A stretch of 64,000 nucleotides of DNA from Candidatus Zhuqueibacterota bacterium. GTDB taxonomy: Bacteria > Zhuqueibacterota > Zhuqueibacteria > Residuimicrobiales > Residuimicrobiaceae. Position 1 is the stretch's first letter; each line of letters opens with the position of its first letter. Below, piece by piece: positions 37,722 to 47,432 of this stretch. Below the pieces are notes generated by a model, which was not told the DNA's origin, searched no databases, and worked only from the letters and a program-made list of their open reading frames with translations. The DNA lies in NCBI GenBank assembly GCA_963169875.1, contig CAUJEL010000197.1, positions 12,395-76,394 on the forward strand, given 5' to 3'. The translations under genes and the position numbers were made by a program.

Positions 37722-38486
37722 TCAAAATCGCAGCGACAGACAAGAGAGCCCGCCGTCCATTTTGCGCGCCTCGCTCATGTCCAGTTCGATGATGGGCTGG
37801 CCAAGGGACTGCAATTTATTTCGCGTCTTGGGAAATCCACGCGGGATGAGTAGATGTCCGTTGATGAGCAGAACATTTCCCGCGTAGCTTTCATCCGCAT
37901 CGAGCACCAGTTTTTTGAAAGGCGCAAAACAGGACTTTTGCGCCAGCTCCTCTGTGAGCAGCAGGGTGGACTGGCCGACATACGCGATGCTCGATTTTAG
38001 ATGCAGTCCCGCCTCCACATCCATCGTTTGGCACGCATACCCCGACGGCTGCAAAATATCCGCGAGCTGCTGCGCGCCTTCCTCATTGGTCCGCTGCGAC
38101 AAACCGATGAACACATTGCGATCGAAAATGAGCACATCACCGCCATCGAGGGTTCCGGGTTTAAGGATAAAACGTAAAGGCCGGAGGTCATACAAAACGG
38201 TCGCCATAGCCAATTGCTCGCCATCCCGCGTCGCTGCACCTGGACGTGAGATCACCGCCCGCTCGGGAACGATGACCGCAGCATCCTCAACAAAATAAGC
38301 ATCCGGATAAATATCCAGCGCTGGGAGGATCGTCACATTCAAGCCGAGCCCAGTCAAAGCGGCTGCATAGGCTTCATGCTGCCGCAACAAAAGTTCGAAG
38401 TCAGGCGCACCGAGTGTCGACGTCGTCAGTCCGAGGTGAAAATTGCTGCCTGGTTTGCGCAGAATGGCATGTGTAAAATCAGACAT
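37722..38486 (-). CDS. N(G),N(G)-dimethylarginine dimethylaminohydrolase-like amidinotransferase-superfamily enzyme
   Basis: About 255 aa, with the catalytic Cys in C-terminal ...DGGLSCLSLRF and a DDAH-like N-terminus (HAILRKPGSNF). Start set at the internal ATG (38486) rather than the ORF-track start. Confidence 0.65.
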   Translation of the reverse strand: MSDFTHAILRKPGSNFHLGLTTSTLGAPDFELLLRQHEAYAAALTGLGLNVTILPALDIYPDAYFVEDAAVIVPERAVISRPGAATRDGEQLAMATVLYDLRPLRFILKPGTLDGGDVLIFDRNVFIGLSQRTNEEGAQQLADILQPSGYACQTMDVEAGLHLKSSIAYVGQSTLLLTEELAQKSCFAPFKKLVLDADESYAGNVLLINGHLLIPRGFPKTRNKLQSLGQPIIELDMSEARKMDGGLSCLSLRF

Positions 38487-38700
38487 GATTCCTCTTTTCC
38501 CGTTTTGGTATAACTCTTGCATAACCACATCACAGTGTAATATATAAAAATAATAAAAACAATCAATAAAAAAGATGGCAGGCAAAAAAGTGTGGCATAA
38601 AATGGTCATTGTGAAATAATAAATCAAAGAAAACGATGACTATGGGTGTGTCATGCCACATTATGATCAACGGGGCTGTGTGTGGGAAGGCGGAAAAACC

Positions 38701-41700
38701 ATGAATGTATCAGGTAAATTTATTCTTATTGGGGCAGGTTTATTGGTCGTGCTCGTCTGTTTCCCTGTCAGTGAGGCACAGGCGGCGTATTTGCGTGATG
38801 TACCCGTTGCGTTTCGCCAACCTGACGGGACGGTACTATCCTGTTATGTGAGTGGGGACGAGTTTTTCAATTGGGCGCATGACCGGGATGGCTATCCCAT
38901 CATGCGGGATCCATCAAGCGGATTTTACGTCTATGCGACCGTGGTGGATGGCGTACCGGTCCCGACACATCTTCGGGTTGGCGAGGCTGTTCCTGCGCGG
39001 GCCAGCCTGAACAAGGATTTTAAAATGGCCCCGCAAAGATGGGAAGAGATGCGGCAGCAATTTATCAGCAAGCCGCGCGCCTTTTTTCCCCCGGAGCGGC
39101 AGCTGGCTCCGAAAACGGGTGTATTGCAGAACATAGTCATTTTCATCCGTTTCAGCGACGAGGCGGAATTTACCACGCCCATCTCGGTCTACGAGACCTC
39201 GTTCAACAGTGATATCCCCGGTGTAAATTCACTGCGGAATTACTTTCAGGAAGTCTCTTACAATCGGCTGCTGGTGCAATCCTATTTTTATCCACTCCCG
39301 GGTGTCAATGTGGTCTCTTTTCAGGACAGCCACCCACGCGGCTATTTCATGCCCATCGCGCTCGATCCCCTGGGGTATTCTGACAGCGCGGAGCGCGATC
39401 AGCGCGAACAGACGCTGATCCGGGATGCCCTTCTCGCTGTAAAGGCGCAAATCCCTGGCGATCTCGATCTGGATGGCGATGACGACGGCCAGGTCGATAA
39501 TATGGTCTTTATCATCTCCGGAACGCCGACGGCCTGGAATACCCTGTTGTGGCCGCATGCCTGGTCCCTTTACATGTATACCGTCTATCTAAATGGTGCC
39601 CAGGTCGTGCCGTACAATTTTCAGATTCAATCCTTTCTCAGCAATGGCAGCACCCATGTCCTGGCGCATGAAATGCTGCACAGCGTCGGGTTTCCCGATC
39701 TCTATCATTACGCCAGCGATGGCCTCAGTCCGGTGGGCGCGTGGGACATCATGGCCAGTCCGACTGCTCCACCGCAACATCCAGGCGCCTATACCAAGTG
39801 GCGTTACGGCGGCTGGATTGATGCCATACCGGAAATCGCCGCCAATGGCGGCTATGCGCTCAACCCGTTGACATCCCCGCTGGGTAACTGTTATAAAATA
39901 TTGAGCCCGGAAGATCCCGGCGGCGCGCAATTTTATGTGGTCGAGTACCGCAAAAAACAAACCGGAACATTCGATGCCACTGTGCCCGGTGAAGGGATGC
40001 TGGTCTACCGCATCGATCGCCGCAATCCCGGCATTCAGGGGAGCACAGCCATCCCCGAGGAGGTTTACATTTACCGTCCCGGTGGAACGCTGAGCACCAA
40101 CGGCTCCTTGTCCACGGCCCATTTCAGTCAAGGCAGCGGACGGAACCTCATCAATAATGGCACGGACCCGGTTCCCTGGCTGGCGGATGGCACGCCCGGG
40201 GGCTTGAATCTTTTCAATATTGGCGAAGCCGCGGAGACGATCTCTTTCACGGCTGGATTGACTGCGCCGCAGGCACCGGTTCTGGTGGCCCCGGCTGATC
40301 ATGCTCTGGACGCGCCTCTCTCTGTGCTGCTGACATGGGATGCATCCGCGGGCGCCGAGAGCTATGATATACAGGTGTCCACTGATCCGGATTTTAACAA
40401 TCTCATCATGGACAAGGCCGACAATGTTTTGAATTTCTGGCCGGTCAACAGCCTGGTGCGGAGCACGACCTATTACTGGCGCGTGCGCGGCCAGAATTAC
40501 CAGGGTGAAGGGGTCTGGTCGCCCTATTTTCAATTCACGACCCTGCCGGATCTGCCTGCGGCCATTCGATTGTCCAGCCCTGAAAACGGCTGGGTAGATG
40601 TCACCCTGAATCCCGTTCTGGTCTGGCAAAATGACCAGCTGGCAACGAGCTACCATTTGCAGCTCTCGTTGACATCCGATTTTGATCCGGTTGTACACAA
40701 TTTTACAAATTTACCCGCAACTGAACAGTCCGTGTCCGGGCTGAACAGCGGCAGCACCTGGTACTGGCGCGTTGCCGGACACAACGGAGCTGGGGATGGT
40801 CCCTGGTCCGACGTCTGGTCCTTCACCACCATTCAGAGTCCCGCTAATGCACCTGTGCTCTCCTGGCCGCTGGATGGCGCCTTGGGCGAAACAGTCAATC
40901 CGGCGCTGAGTTGGGCAGGTGTCAACGGTGCGTCGGCGTATGAAGTGGCGTTGGATGTCTCGGCCGATTTTCCGGCGCCGGTTTTTCACACCTCGAGTGC
41001 CACGGGAGCGGGGGTGACCGCATCGAACCTGGAAAATATGACGACCTATTTCTGGCATGTGCGCGGCTTGAATGAAGCGGGGCCCGGCCCCTGGTCCTCC
41101 ATTCGTTCTTTCACCACCCAGGAATTGCCGGTTGAATTGGTATCCTTTACCGCCACCGCCCACTTCCAGGGCATTCACCTCGAGTGGGTGACGGCCTCGG
41201 AAACGGAAAACTACGGCTTCGATGTGGAGCGTAAAGCGGCAAATTCGGGTGCGGGTGAAAGTGCATGGAGCAAAATCAATTTTGTCGAAGGCCATCACTC
41301 CACCAGCGTAGAACACACCTATCAGTATCTGGATCAGGATGTCACGGTGGGCGATTATGCGTATCGACTGAAGCAGATCGATCTCGACGGCCATTATGCC
41401 TATTTGCCGGAACAGCAGGTCAGCTGGGCGCAACCACTGCAGTGGAAGCTGGATCAGAATTACCCGAATCCGTTCAACGCCACAACGGTGATCACCTATC
41501 AACTGCAGCAGCCCGGCCCGGTGCAGTTGGCAATTATCAATGCCATGGGACAGACCGTGCGTTCGCTGGTGCAGAATTTTGCTGCTGCCGGGGAGCATGT
41601 GGTGCGCTGGGATGGATGCGATGACCACGGTCTGCCAGTGGCGGGCGGGATTTATTATTATACGCTGCGTTGCGCGGAGTTTCAGGAGACCAGGGCGATG

Positions 41701-41715
41701 ACGCTGCTGAAGTGA
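38701..41715 (+). CDS. T9SS-secreted zinc metalloprotease (M6/immune-inhibitor-A-like HExxH domain) with three tandem FN3/Ig-like repeats and a T9SS C-terminal sorting domain
   Basis: Signal peptide; HEMLHSVGFPDLYHY (HExxH...GxPDLY as in M6). Three ~95-aa repeats each end in ...T(Y/W)(Y/F)WRV(R/A)G.N..G.G.WS. A VELVSFTA...LEWVTASETENYGFDVER domain follows, then NYPNPFNATTVITYQL (Por_Secre_tail). Confidence 0.6.
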   Translation: MNVSGKFILIGAGLLVVLVCFPVSEAQAAYLRDVPVAFRQPDGTVLSCYVSGDEFFNWAHDRDGYPIMRDPSSGFYVYATVVDGVPVPTHLRVGEAVPARASLNKDFKMAPQRWEEMRQQFISKPRAFFPPERQLAPKTGVLQNIVIFIRFSDEAEFTTPISVYETSFNSDIPGVNSLRNYFQEVSYNRLLVQSYFYPLPGVNVVSFQDSHPRGYFMPIALDPLGYSDSAERDQREQTLIRDALLAVKAQIPGDLDLDGDDDGQVDNMVFIISGTPTAWNTLLWPHAWSLYMYTVYLNGAQVVPYNFQIQSFLSNGSTHVLAHEMLHSVGFPDLYHYASDGLSPVGAWDIMASPTAPPQHPGAYTKWRYGGWIDAIPEIAANGGYALNPLTSPLGNCYKILSPEDPGGAQFYVVEYRKKQTGTFDATVPGEGMLVYRIDRRNPGIQGSTAIPEEVYIYRPGGTLSTNGSLSTAHFSQGSGRNLINNGTDPVPWLADGTPGGLNLFNIGEAAETISFTAGLTAPQAPVLVAPADHALDAPLSVLLTWDASAGAESYDIQVSTDPDFNNLIMDKADNVLNFWPVNSLVRSTTYYWRVRGQNYQGEGVWSPYFQFTTLPDLPAAIRLSSPENGWVDVTLNPVLVWQNDQLATSYHLQLSLTSDFDPVVHNFTNLPATEQSVSGLNSGSTWYWRVAGHNGAGDGPWSDVWSFTTIQSPANAPVLSWPLDGALGETVNPALSWAGVNGASAYEVALDVSADFPAPVFHTSSATGAGVTASNLENMTTYFWHVRGLNEAGPGPWSSIRSFTTQELPVELVSFTATAHFQGIHLEWVTASETENYGFDVERKAANSGAGESAWSKINFVEGHHSTSVEHTYQYLDQDVTVGDYAYRLKQIDLDGHYAYLPEQQVSWAQPLQWKLDQNYPNPFNATTVITYQLQQPGPVQLAIINAMGQTVRSLVQNFAAAGEHVVRWDGCDDHGLPVAGGIYYYTLRCAEFQETRAMTLLK

Positions 41716-42212
41716 CGATAATGCATCATCCTGTTTTCTCCCGCAGACGCAGAGGTGCTGAAAAAAAGCCGTCCGACTTTTTACCTTCGCGCCTTGGCGT
41801 CCTGGCGTGTCGCGAACCTATGATCATCCGGGGATGCTTCCCCGGACGGAAGGATACTGCTGCGGGGCATCCTGCCCCGCGTGTTGATCGGGAATTTCGG
41901 GCAGAGGCCCGACGTTATTGGTTCCGTCCAGGGAAGGGATTCCCTGGGCGATCGGATTTTTCCCTCTGCGCCTTGGCGCGAGTTGTTTACGATAATTGGT
42001 ACCGGCCAGAGAAAGGAATTTCTGGGCAATTGTGTTTTACCGCGTATACCCTGCCGCATAATTCTGCAAAATACTGCCACTGTAGAACATCTCGATTTTT
42101 CCGCTTGCTATATGTTGAATTTATGGGTAAACTTTGCGGAAATTTTTTCCTCACTAATTCTGCAAATTGTAAAATAATTCATCAGCTGGTGTCCTAACTG
42201 GAGGTCATCACG
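41716..42212 (+). promoter_or_regulatory. Long structured leader or regulatory region upstream of nuoA, containing repeated stem-loops and direct repeats
   Basis: Four GC-rich hairpins of similar shape: ccgggga-tgct-tccccgg (41828-41845), gcggggca-tcc-tgccccgc (41862-41880), ccagggaa-ggga-ttccctgg (41928-41947) and ccagagaaa-gg-aatttctgg (42006-42025). There are ~75-nt imperfect direct repeats (41914-41977 vs 41991-42055) and a repeated tttt(t)cc(c)tYtgcgccttggcg box at 41779 and 41956. Confidence 0.45.
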
Positions 42213-42623
42213 TTGCTTTTCGAATTCAGCATGGTATTCATGTTCCTGGCACTCGGCGCCGCTTTCGTCCTGATCGCTCTGGGTTTAGGGGCATTGATCC
42301 GGCCGCGGCGCATGGGGGGCGTGCGCAACGAAACCTACGAATGCGGCGAGGAACCCATTGGTCAGGGTTGGTATAACTTTAATCCGCGCTTTTACATGTT
42401 GGCCCTGGTCTTTCTCATTTTTGACGTGGAACTGGTCGTCACGTTTCCGGTGATCACCGTCATGCGTCAATGGGTGGAACAAGGCCGCGGCTGGATGGCT
42501 TTGATCGAAGTTGTTTTATTCCTCGCCATTCTTGTGGCCGGTTTTGCATTCCTGTGGAATCGCGGTGATCTGGAATGGATCAAAAAATTGGAAGGACCCG
42601 AAGAGGGAGGAAGTCGCACATGA
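42213..42623 (+). CDS. nuoA: NADH-quinone oxidoreductase subunit A
   Basis: Three-TM NuoA/ND3 with YECGEEP and FDVE motifs. Apparent TTG start with an upstream GGAGGT. Confidence 0.85.
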   Translation: MLFEFSMVFMFLALGAAFVLIALGLGALIRPRRMGGVRNETYECGEEPIGQGWYNFNPRFYMLALVFLIFDVELVVTFPVITVMRQWVEQGRGWMALIEVVLFLAILVAGFAFLWNRGDLEWIKKLEGPEEGGSRT

Positions 42624-43126
42624 ATGAAATCGTATGGGAAGGCGGCATGGCCGTTCCCACCAAACTGGATGATCTGATCAACTGGCCGCGCAAGAATTCG
42701 CTGTGGTATCTGCTCTTCGCCACGGCCTGCTGCGGCATCGAGCTGATGCAGACCGGAGGACCGCGCACCGACCTGGACCGCTTCGGCATGGTTTTCCGCG
42801 CCACGCCCCGGCAGGCCGATCTGTTGCTGATCGCCGGTTCCATCACCTACAAAATGGCGGAAGCTGTGCGCAGACTCTACGATCAGATGCCGGAACCGAA
42901 ATATGTGCTGGCCATGGGCTCCTGTGCCAATTGTGGCGGACTCTTTCAACGCGGTTATTCGGTGATCAAGGGCGTCGATAAAATTATTCCGGTTGATGTC
43001 TATTTGCCGGGTTGTGCGCCGCGACCGGAAGCGCTGAATGAAGCCCTTATGACCATCCAGAAACGCATGGAAAAAGACCACTGGGCGCAACGCATGAAGA
43101 TCGATTCGGAGAAATTAGCCCGATGA
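42620..43126 (+). CDS. nuoB: NADH-quinone oxidoreductase subunit B
   Basis: CCGIE...MGSCANCGG...GCAPRP N2 cluster ligands. Start overlaps the nuoA stop (ATGA). Confidence 0.9.
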   Translation: MNEIVWEGGMAVPTKLDDLINWPRKNSLWYLLFATACCGIELMQTGGPRTDLDRFGMVFRATPRQADLLLIAGSITYKMAEAVRRLYDQMPEPKYVLAMGSCANCGGLFQRGYSVIKGVDKIIPVDVYLPGCAPRPEALNEALMTIQKRMEKDHWAQRMKIDSEKLAR

Positions 43127-43674
43127 CAACCAACGACATTTTATCAGCTTGTCAGCGTCAATTCCCCAAACTGGCGCTGGAAGTACAGCAGGGCGATGCC
43201 GGCGACCCCTGGATGCTCATCCCGGCCGGCCAGGCTGCGGAGGTGATCCGGTTTTTAAAGGATGATTTGGCGTTTAATTATCTCGCTTGCCTCTCCGGTG
43301 CTGATTTTGGCGAATACCTCGGGGTCATCTACCAGCTTCGCAATCTCGACAATAAAGACGAAATCATGGTCAAAACGCTGACGCCGCGTCAGGAACCCCG
43401 GGTCCCAACGCTTGCGCATCTCTATGGCAATGCCAACTGGTTTGAACGCGAAGTCTATGATCTGCTCGGCATCGATTTCACCGGTTCGCCGGACCAGCGC
43501 CGCATCATGATGCCGGACGATTGGATCGGCCATCCCCTGCGCAAGGATTTTCAGGAAGCAGCGGATTACCGCGGCTTTCCGACAACCCGGCCCGATACGC
43601 ACCGGATTTTGGATCAGACCATGCCCCCCAAGCCGGTCACGGAACCGGCTGCAGGCTCAGAACCAACTGAATAA
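43123..43674 (+). CDS. nuoC: NADH-quinone oxidoreductase subunit C (30 kDa)
   Basis: NuoC family blocks (LRNLDNKDEIMVKT..., ANWFEREVYDLLGI). Overlaps the nuoB stop. Confidence 0.85.
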   Translation: MTTNDILSACQRQFPKLALEVQQGDAGDPWMLIPAGQAAEVIRFLKDDLAFNYLACLSGADFGEYLGVIYQLRNLDNKDEIMVKTLTPRQEPRVPTLAHLYGNANWFEREVYDLLGIDFTGSPDQRRIMMPDDWIGHPLRKDFQEAADYRGFPTTRPDTHRILDQTMPPKPVTEPAAGSEPTE

Positions 43675-43678
43675 AGGA

Positions 43679-44821
43679 ATGGCAATTATGAGCAGAATGG
43701 CGGTCGAGACGCTCGATAATGAGTCCACCATCGTCAACATGGGGCCGCAGCACCCCTCCACCCATGGCGTCATCAATCTCAGGCTCCAGCTCAAAGGCGA
43801 AGTCATTGAAGCCGTGGATCCCAATGTCGGCTTTTTGCATCGCAGCATCGAAAAAATCGCCGAACTCACCCAGTACACGGGATTTATCCCCTATACCGAC
43901 CGTATCGATTACCTGGGCGCGATGTTCGGCAATATGGGATATTGCATGGCGGTGGAGAAGCTGCTGGGCGTGGAAGTCCCCCGTCGCGCGCAATATATGC
44001 GCGTCATCGCCTGCGAATTGAACCGCATCATCAACCATCTCATCGCCTGCGGCACCATGTCCATGGACCTCGGCGCTTTCACGCCGTTCCTCCATGGCAT
44101 ACGCGAGCGCGAAAAAGTCAATGATATGATGGAAAAAATCTGCGGTGCACGGCTGAATTACAACTATATGCGCTTCGGCGGTGTCTCTCTGGATTACATG
44201 CCGGGTCTCGACAAGGAAATTCTCGCATTTCTCGACCGTTTTGAACGGTTCCTTCCCGAATTCAACCGTCTGATCACCGGCAATGAAATATTTGTCCAGC
44301 GCTTGTTGCACGTGGGCGTCATTCCCAAAGAAACCGCCATTCATTACGGCCTGGGCGGCCCAAACCTGCGCGCCTCCGGCGTCGACTTTGATGTCCGCCG
44401 GGATTATCCCTACAGCGTCTATCCGGAATTCTCATTTGATGTCGTGACCGGTGGTCACTATCCGGGTGAATGCGGTGACTCTTATGCCCGTTACATGGTG
44501 CGCATCGATGAGATGCGCCAGTCGGCGCGTCTGGTGCGCCAGGCTGTCGAAGGACTGCCCGAAGGCGAATATCTCGCCAAGGTGGCGCGCAATCCTGTGC
44601 CGCCCAAGGGTGAAGTCTACAGCAAAGTGGAAAGCGTACGCGGCGAGATGGGGTTTTATCTCGTCAGCGATGGCACCGACAAGCCCTACCGTCTCAAAGT
44701 GCGCACCAGCTCCTTCTGCGCCATGTCGGTCATGCCGGAAATCGGCCCGGGTCTCATGGTCGCCGATATGACAGCCTTTTTCGGCAGCCTGGATGTGGTG
44801 GCGCCGGAAGTGGATAGATAA
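43679..44821 (+). CDS. nuoD: NADH-quinone oxidoreductase subunit D (49 kDa)
   Basis: NuoD/NiFe-hydrogenase large-subunit-like blocks (MGPQHPSTHGV, RIDYLGAM, LKVRTSSF). It is a separate gene, not fused to nuoC. Confidence 0.9.
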   Translation: MAIMSRMAVETLDNESTIVNMGPQHPSTHGVINLRLQLKGEVIEAVDPNVGFLHRSIEKIAELTQYTGFIPYTDRIDYLGAMFGNMGYCMAVEKLLGVEVPRRAQYMRVIACELNRIINHLIACGTMSMDLGAFTPFLHGIREREKVNDMMEKICGARLNYNYMRFGGVSLDYMPGLDKEILAFLDRFERFLPEFNRLITGNEIFVQRLLHVGVIPKETAIHYGLGGPNLRASGVDFDVRRDYPYSVYPEFSFDVVTGGHYPGECGDSYARYMVRIDEMRQSARLVRQAVEGLPEGEYLAKVARNPVPPKGEVYSKVESVRGEMGFYLVSDGTDKPYRLKVRTSSFCAMSVMPEIGPGLMVADMTAFFGSLDVVAPEVDR

Positions 44822-44825
44822 TGAG

Positions 44826-45048
44826 CCGCCTGAAGGCGGAACTACGAACCATGGCCAGTTAATATTTTGAAAAGCAAGTGTTTGTAGTACCGGCTTCAGC
44901 CGGAAAGAACCCGCCTGAAGGCGGAACTACGAACCGTGGCCAGTTAAGATTTTGGAAAGCAAATGTTCGTAGTACCGGCTTCAGCTGGAAAGAACCCGCC
45001 TGAAGGCGGAACTACGAACTGATGCCGCCTGAAGGCGGAACAACGAAT
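44826..45048 (+). repeat. About 2.5-copy 85-bp tandem array of the same double-hairpin palindromic element family, in the opposite orientation to the 27.8-kb copies, inserted between nuoD and nuoH
   Basis: ccgcctgaaggcggaactacgaac recurs at 44826, 44911, 44996 and (degenerate) 45026. The spacers between copies are themselves about 90% identical (c(a/g)tggccagttaa(t/g)attttg(a/g)aaagcaa(g/a)tgtt(t/c)gtagtaccggcttcagc(c/t)ggaaagaac). It is therefore a tandem repeat, not a CRISPR array. Confidence 0.8.
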
Positions 45049-45063
45049 AAACGAGTGGATGGT

Positions 45064-46296
45064 ATGAAATATCTCTTCGACTCCCTGACCGCCAACTGGA
45101 ACCTGTCGCCCTGGATGACCACCCTGGCGCTTGTGCTGTGGGTAGTGGTGATCACCGCGGGCGTGCTGGTTTTCATGGCGACCTTCGCCGGTTTCACCTC
45201 CTGGGTTGAACGCCGCATCGCCGGACGCATGCAATCGCGCATCGGCCCGAACCGCGTCGGACCATTCGGCGGCCTGCAATGGCTCGCGGACGGCCTGAAG
45301 TGCTTCCTCAAAGAGGATGTCATCCCCAAGGCCACAGATCCGGTGCTGTTCCGCCTGGCGCCCTATCTCGTCTTCCCCGGCGGTTTTGCGGCTTTCGCCG
45401 CCCTGCCGTTTGGCTACGGCATTGCCGCCTCCAACATCGATATTGGCATTTTTTACATCACCGCCATCACCTCCCTGGTGGTCATCGGCATTCTCATGGC
45501 GGGTTGGTCAAGCAACAACAAATGGTCGCTGATCGGCGGCGTGCGCAGCGCCGCGCAAATCATCTCCTATGAAATTCCCGGCGGCCTGGCCATTCTCACC
45601 GTCGTGGTGCTCGCCGGCACGCTGAATATGCATGAACTGGTCGTGGCCCAGGGCGGCTGGCCGTGGCACTGGTTCATCTTTCGCAATCCCTTCACCTTTG
45701 TCGCTTTTTTCATCTTTTTCGCCTCCATCCTCGCGGAGGGCAACCGCACGCCTTTCGATTTGCCGGAAGCGGAAAGCGAACTGGTGGCCGGTTATCTGAC
45801 CGAGTATACCGGCATGCGCTTTCTGTTTTTCCTCTTCACGGAATGGGCCAACGTCTGGGTTATCTCGGCGCTGCTGACAACGCTGTTCCTGGGCGGCTGG
45901 CAGATTCCCGGCATCACCGATCTGGGTGCCACCATCGCAGCGGCGACCAGCCTGGGGAAATGGTTCTGGGTGCTGCTCAGCGTTGCGATGTTTTTCATCA
46001 AGACCTCCGCACTCGTTTTCCTGGTCATTCAGATTCGCTGGACCCTGCCGCGGCTGCGCGTCGATCAACTGATGATCATGTGCTGGAAGTATCTGGTGCC
46101 CATGGGTTTTGTGACGCTGCTGGGCTCCGCGATTTTCCTGGTGCTGCCGCGCGAAGGCGCCTGGGCGTGGTTTCATCTCTCCGTGCAGGGCATCATGACA
46201 CTCATCGGATTTGCCATTGTCGCGGGTTTGATAGGACGGGCCTGGTATAACATTCATGCCCTGAAAGATCGCATCTCTTTGGAAAATTGGTTATAA
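45064..46296 (+). CDS. nuoH: NADH-quinone oxidoreductase subunit H
   Basis: NuoH/ND1 motifs ([37 protein letters not shown]). Start moved to the ATG at 45064 (MKYLFDS). The ORF-track 5' extension only reads through the repeat array. Confidence 0.85.
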   Translation: [410 protein letters not shown]

Positions 46297-46311
46297 ACTG
46301 GACGGAAAAAC

Positions 46312-46911
46312 ATGCTGAAGCAATATTTCAAAAATATCAAAAATGCCTCCACATCGATTTTCGAGGGATTGGCGGTGACGCTCTCCTACATGGTGCGCAA
46401 GCCCATCACCATCCAGTATCCGGACCGGATTGAAAAGCCGCTGCCGGAGATGCTGCCGCCCACGTTTCGCGGCATCCTCGAGGTCGACACCGGCATCTGC
46501 ACCGTGTGCATGGCTTGCATGAAACGGTGTCCGCTGGATACGATCTATATCGAGAGCGAACGCGATCCGGAGACCCGCAAGAACTATCTGACGCGGTTCG
46601 ATATTGATGTGGCGCGCTGCATGGTGTGCGGGCTGTGCACAGAAGTGTGTCCGACCGGCGCCATTCGTCACAGCACCGAGTTTGATGCGGTCACCTCGGA
46701 CGTCATCAATCTGGTGATGCGCTATGTCCAGCCTGGCGACAAGATACCCGCTTACAAGGTTTCAAAAGAAGAGGAACCGCCGGGCGTGCCGCAGAACGAA
46801 CCCTATTGCCGTTTGAAAAAACAATGGGATGCTCCTGCACCGTTACAACCCGATGAAGTGCGTGGAGCGGTGCGCTGGAAAAAACAGACATCCAAACAGG
46901 AGGGGCGATGA
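46312..46911 (+). CDS. nuoI: NADH-quinone oxidoreductase subunit I (2x[4Fe-4S] ferredoxin-type)
   Basis: CTVCMACMKRCP and CMVCGLCTEVCP cluster motifs. Confidence 0.9.
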   Translation: MLKQYFKNIKNASTSIFEGLAVTLSYMVRKPITIQYPDRIEKPLPEMLPPTFRGILEVDTGICTVCMACMKRCPLDTIYIESERDPETRKNYLTRFDIDVARCMVCGLCTEVCPTGAIRHSTEFDAVTSDVINLVMRYVQPGDKIPAYKVSKEEEPPGVPQNEPYCRLKKQWDAPAPLQPDEVRGAVRWKKQTSKQEGR

Positions 46912-47432
46912 ACATCACATTCCCGGATATCGTTTTTGTCATCCTCGCTGCGCTCATCCTGGGGTGCGGCGCCATCGTTGCCTATTCGCGGAACATCGTC
47001 CGTGCCGGTTTTTCGCTGCTGGGCGCTTTTGCCGGCGTGGCCGGTCTCTATTTTCTCGCACAGGCCAATTTTATCGGCGCCGCCCAGATTTTAATCTATG
47101 TCGGCGGCGTTCTGGTGGTGATCCTCTTTGCCATCATGCTGACGCGCGGCATCGCGCAAGCCCATTCCACCAATCCACGGCAAATGGTGATACCGGCGAC
47201 CCTGATGGGTCTGATTTCGGCCGCGATGCTGATCACCATCGCGCTTTATTTCCCTTGGCGCTTGCGGCCGGATGCACCCGTTGCGACTGTCCATTCGCTG
47301 GGAAATGCCCTGCTCGATACTTACCTGATCCCGTTCGAATTTCTGTCGCTCCTGCTGCTGGCCGCCATGATCGGCGCGGTGATGCTGGTGCGCAAAGAGA
47401 TCAAGGAGAGCGGAAAGGAGGAATCGCGATGA
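46908..47432 (+). CDS. nuoJ: NADH-quinone oxidoreductase subunit J
   Basis: NuoJ/ND6-type hydrophobic protein of 174 aa. Overlaps the nuoI stop. Confidence 0.8.
   Translation: MNITFPDIVFVILAALILGCGAIVAYSRNIVRAGFSLLGAFAGVAGLYFLAQANFIGAAQILIYVGGVLVVILFAIMLTRGIAQAHSTNPRQMVIPATLMGLISAAMLITIALYFPWRLRPDAPVATVHSLGNALLDTYLIPFEFLSLLLLAAMIGAVMLVRKEIKESGKEESR

Noticed and set aside
44826-45048. Possible CRISPR array between nuoD and nuoH
   Set aside because: The period is 85 bp and the would-be spacers are about 90% identical to each other, with only ~2.5 units and no cas genes. This is a tandem repeat of a palindromic element, not repeat-spacer architecture.
45022-45063. ORF-track start of nuoH at 45022 (MPPEGGTTNKRVDG...)
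   Set aside because: This 14-codon extension simply reads through the last palindromic repeat unit. The conserved NuoH N-terminus begins at the ATG at 45064.
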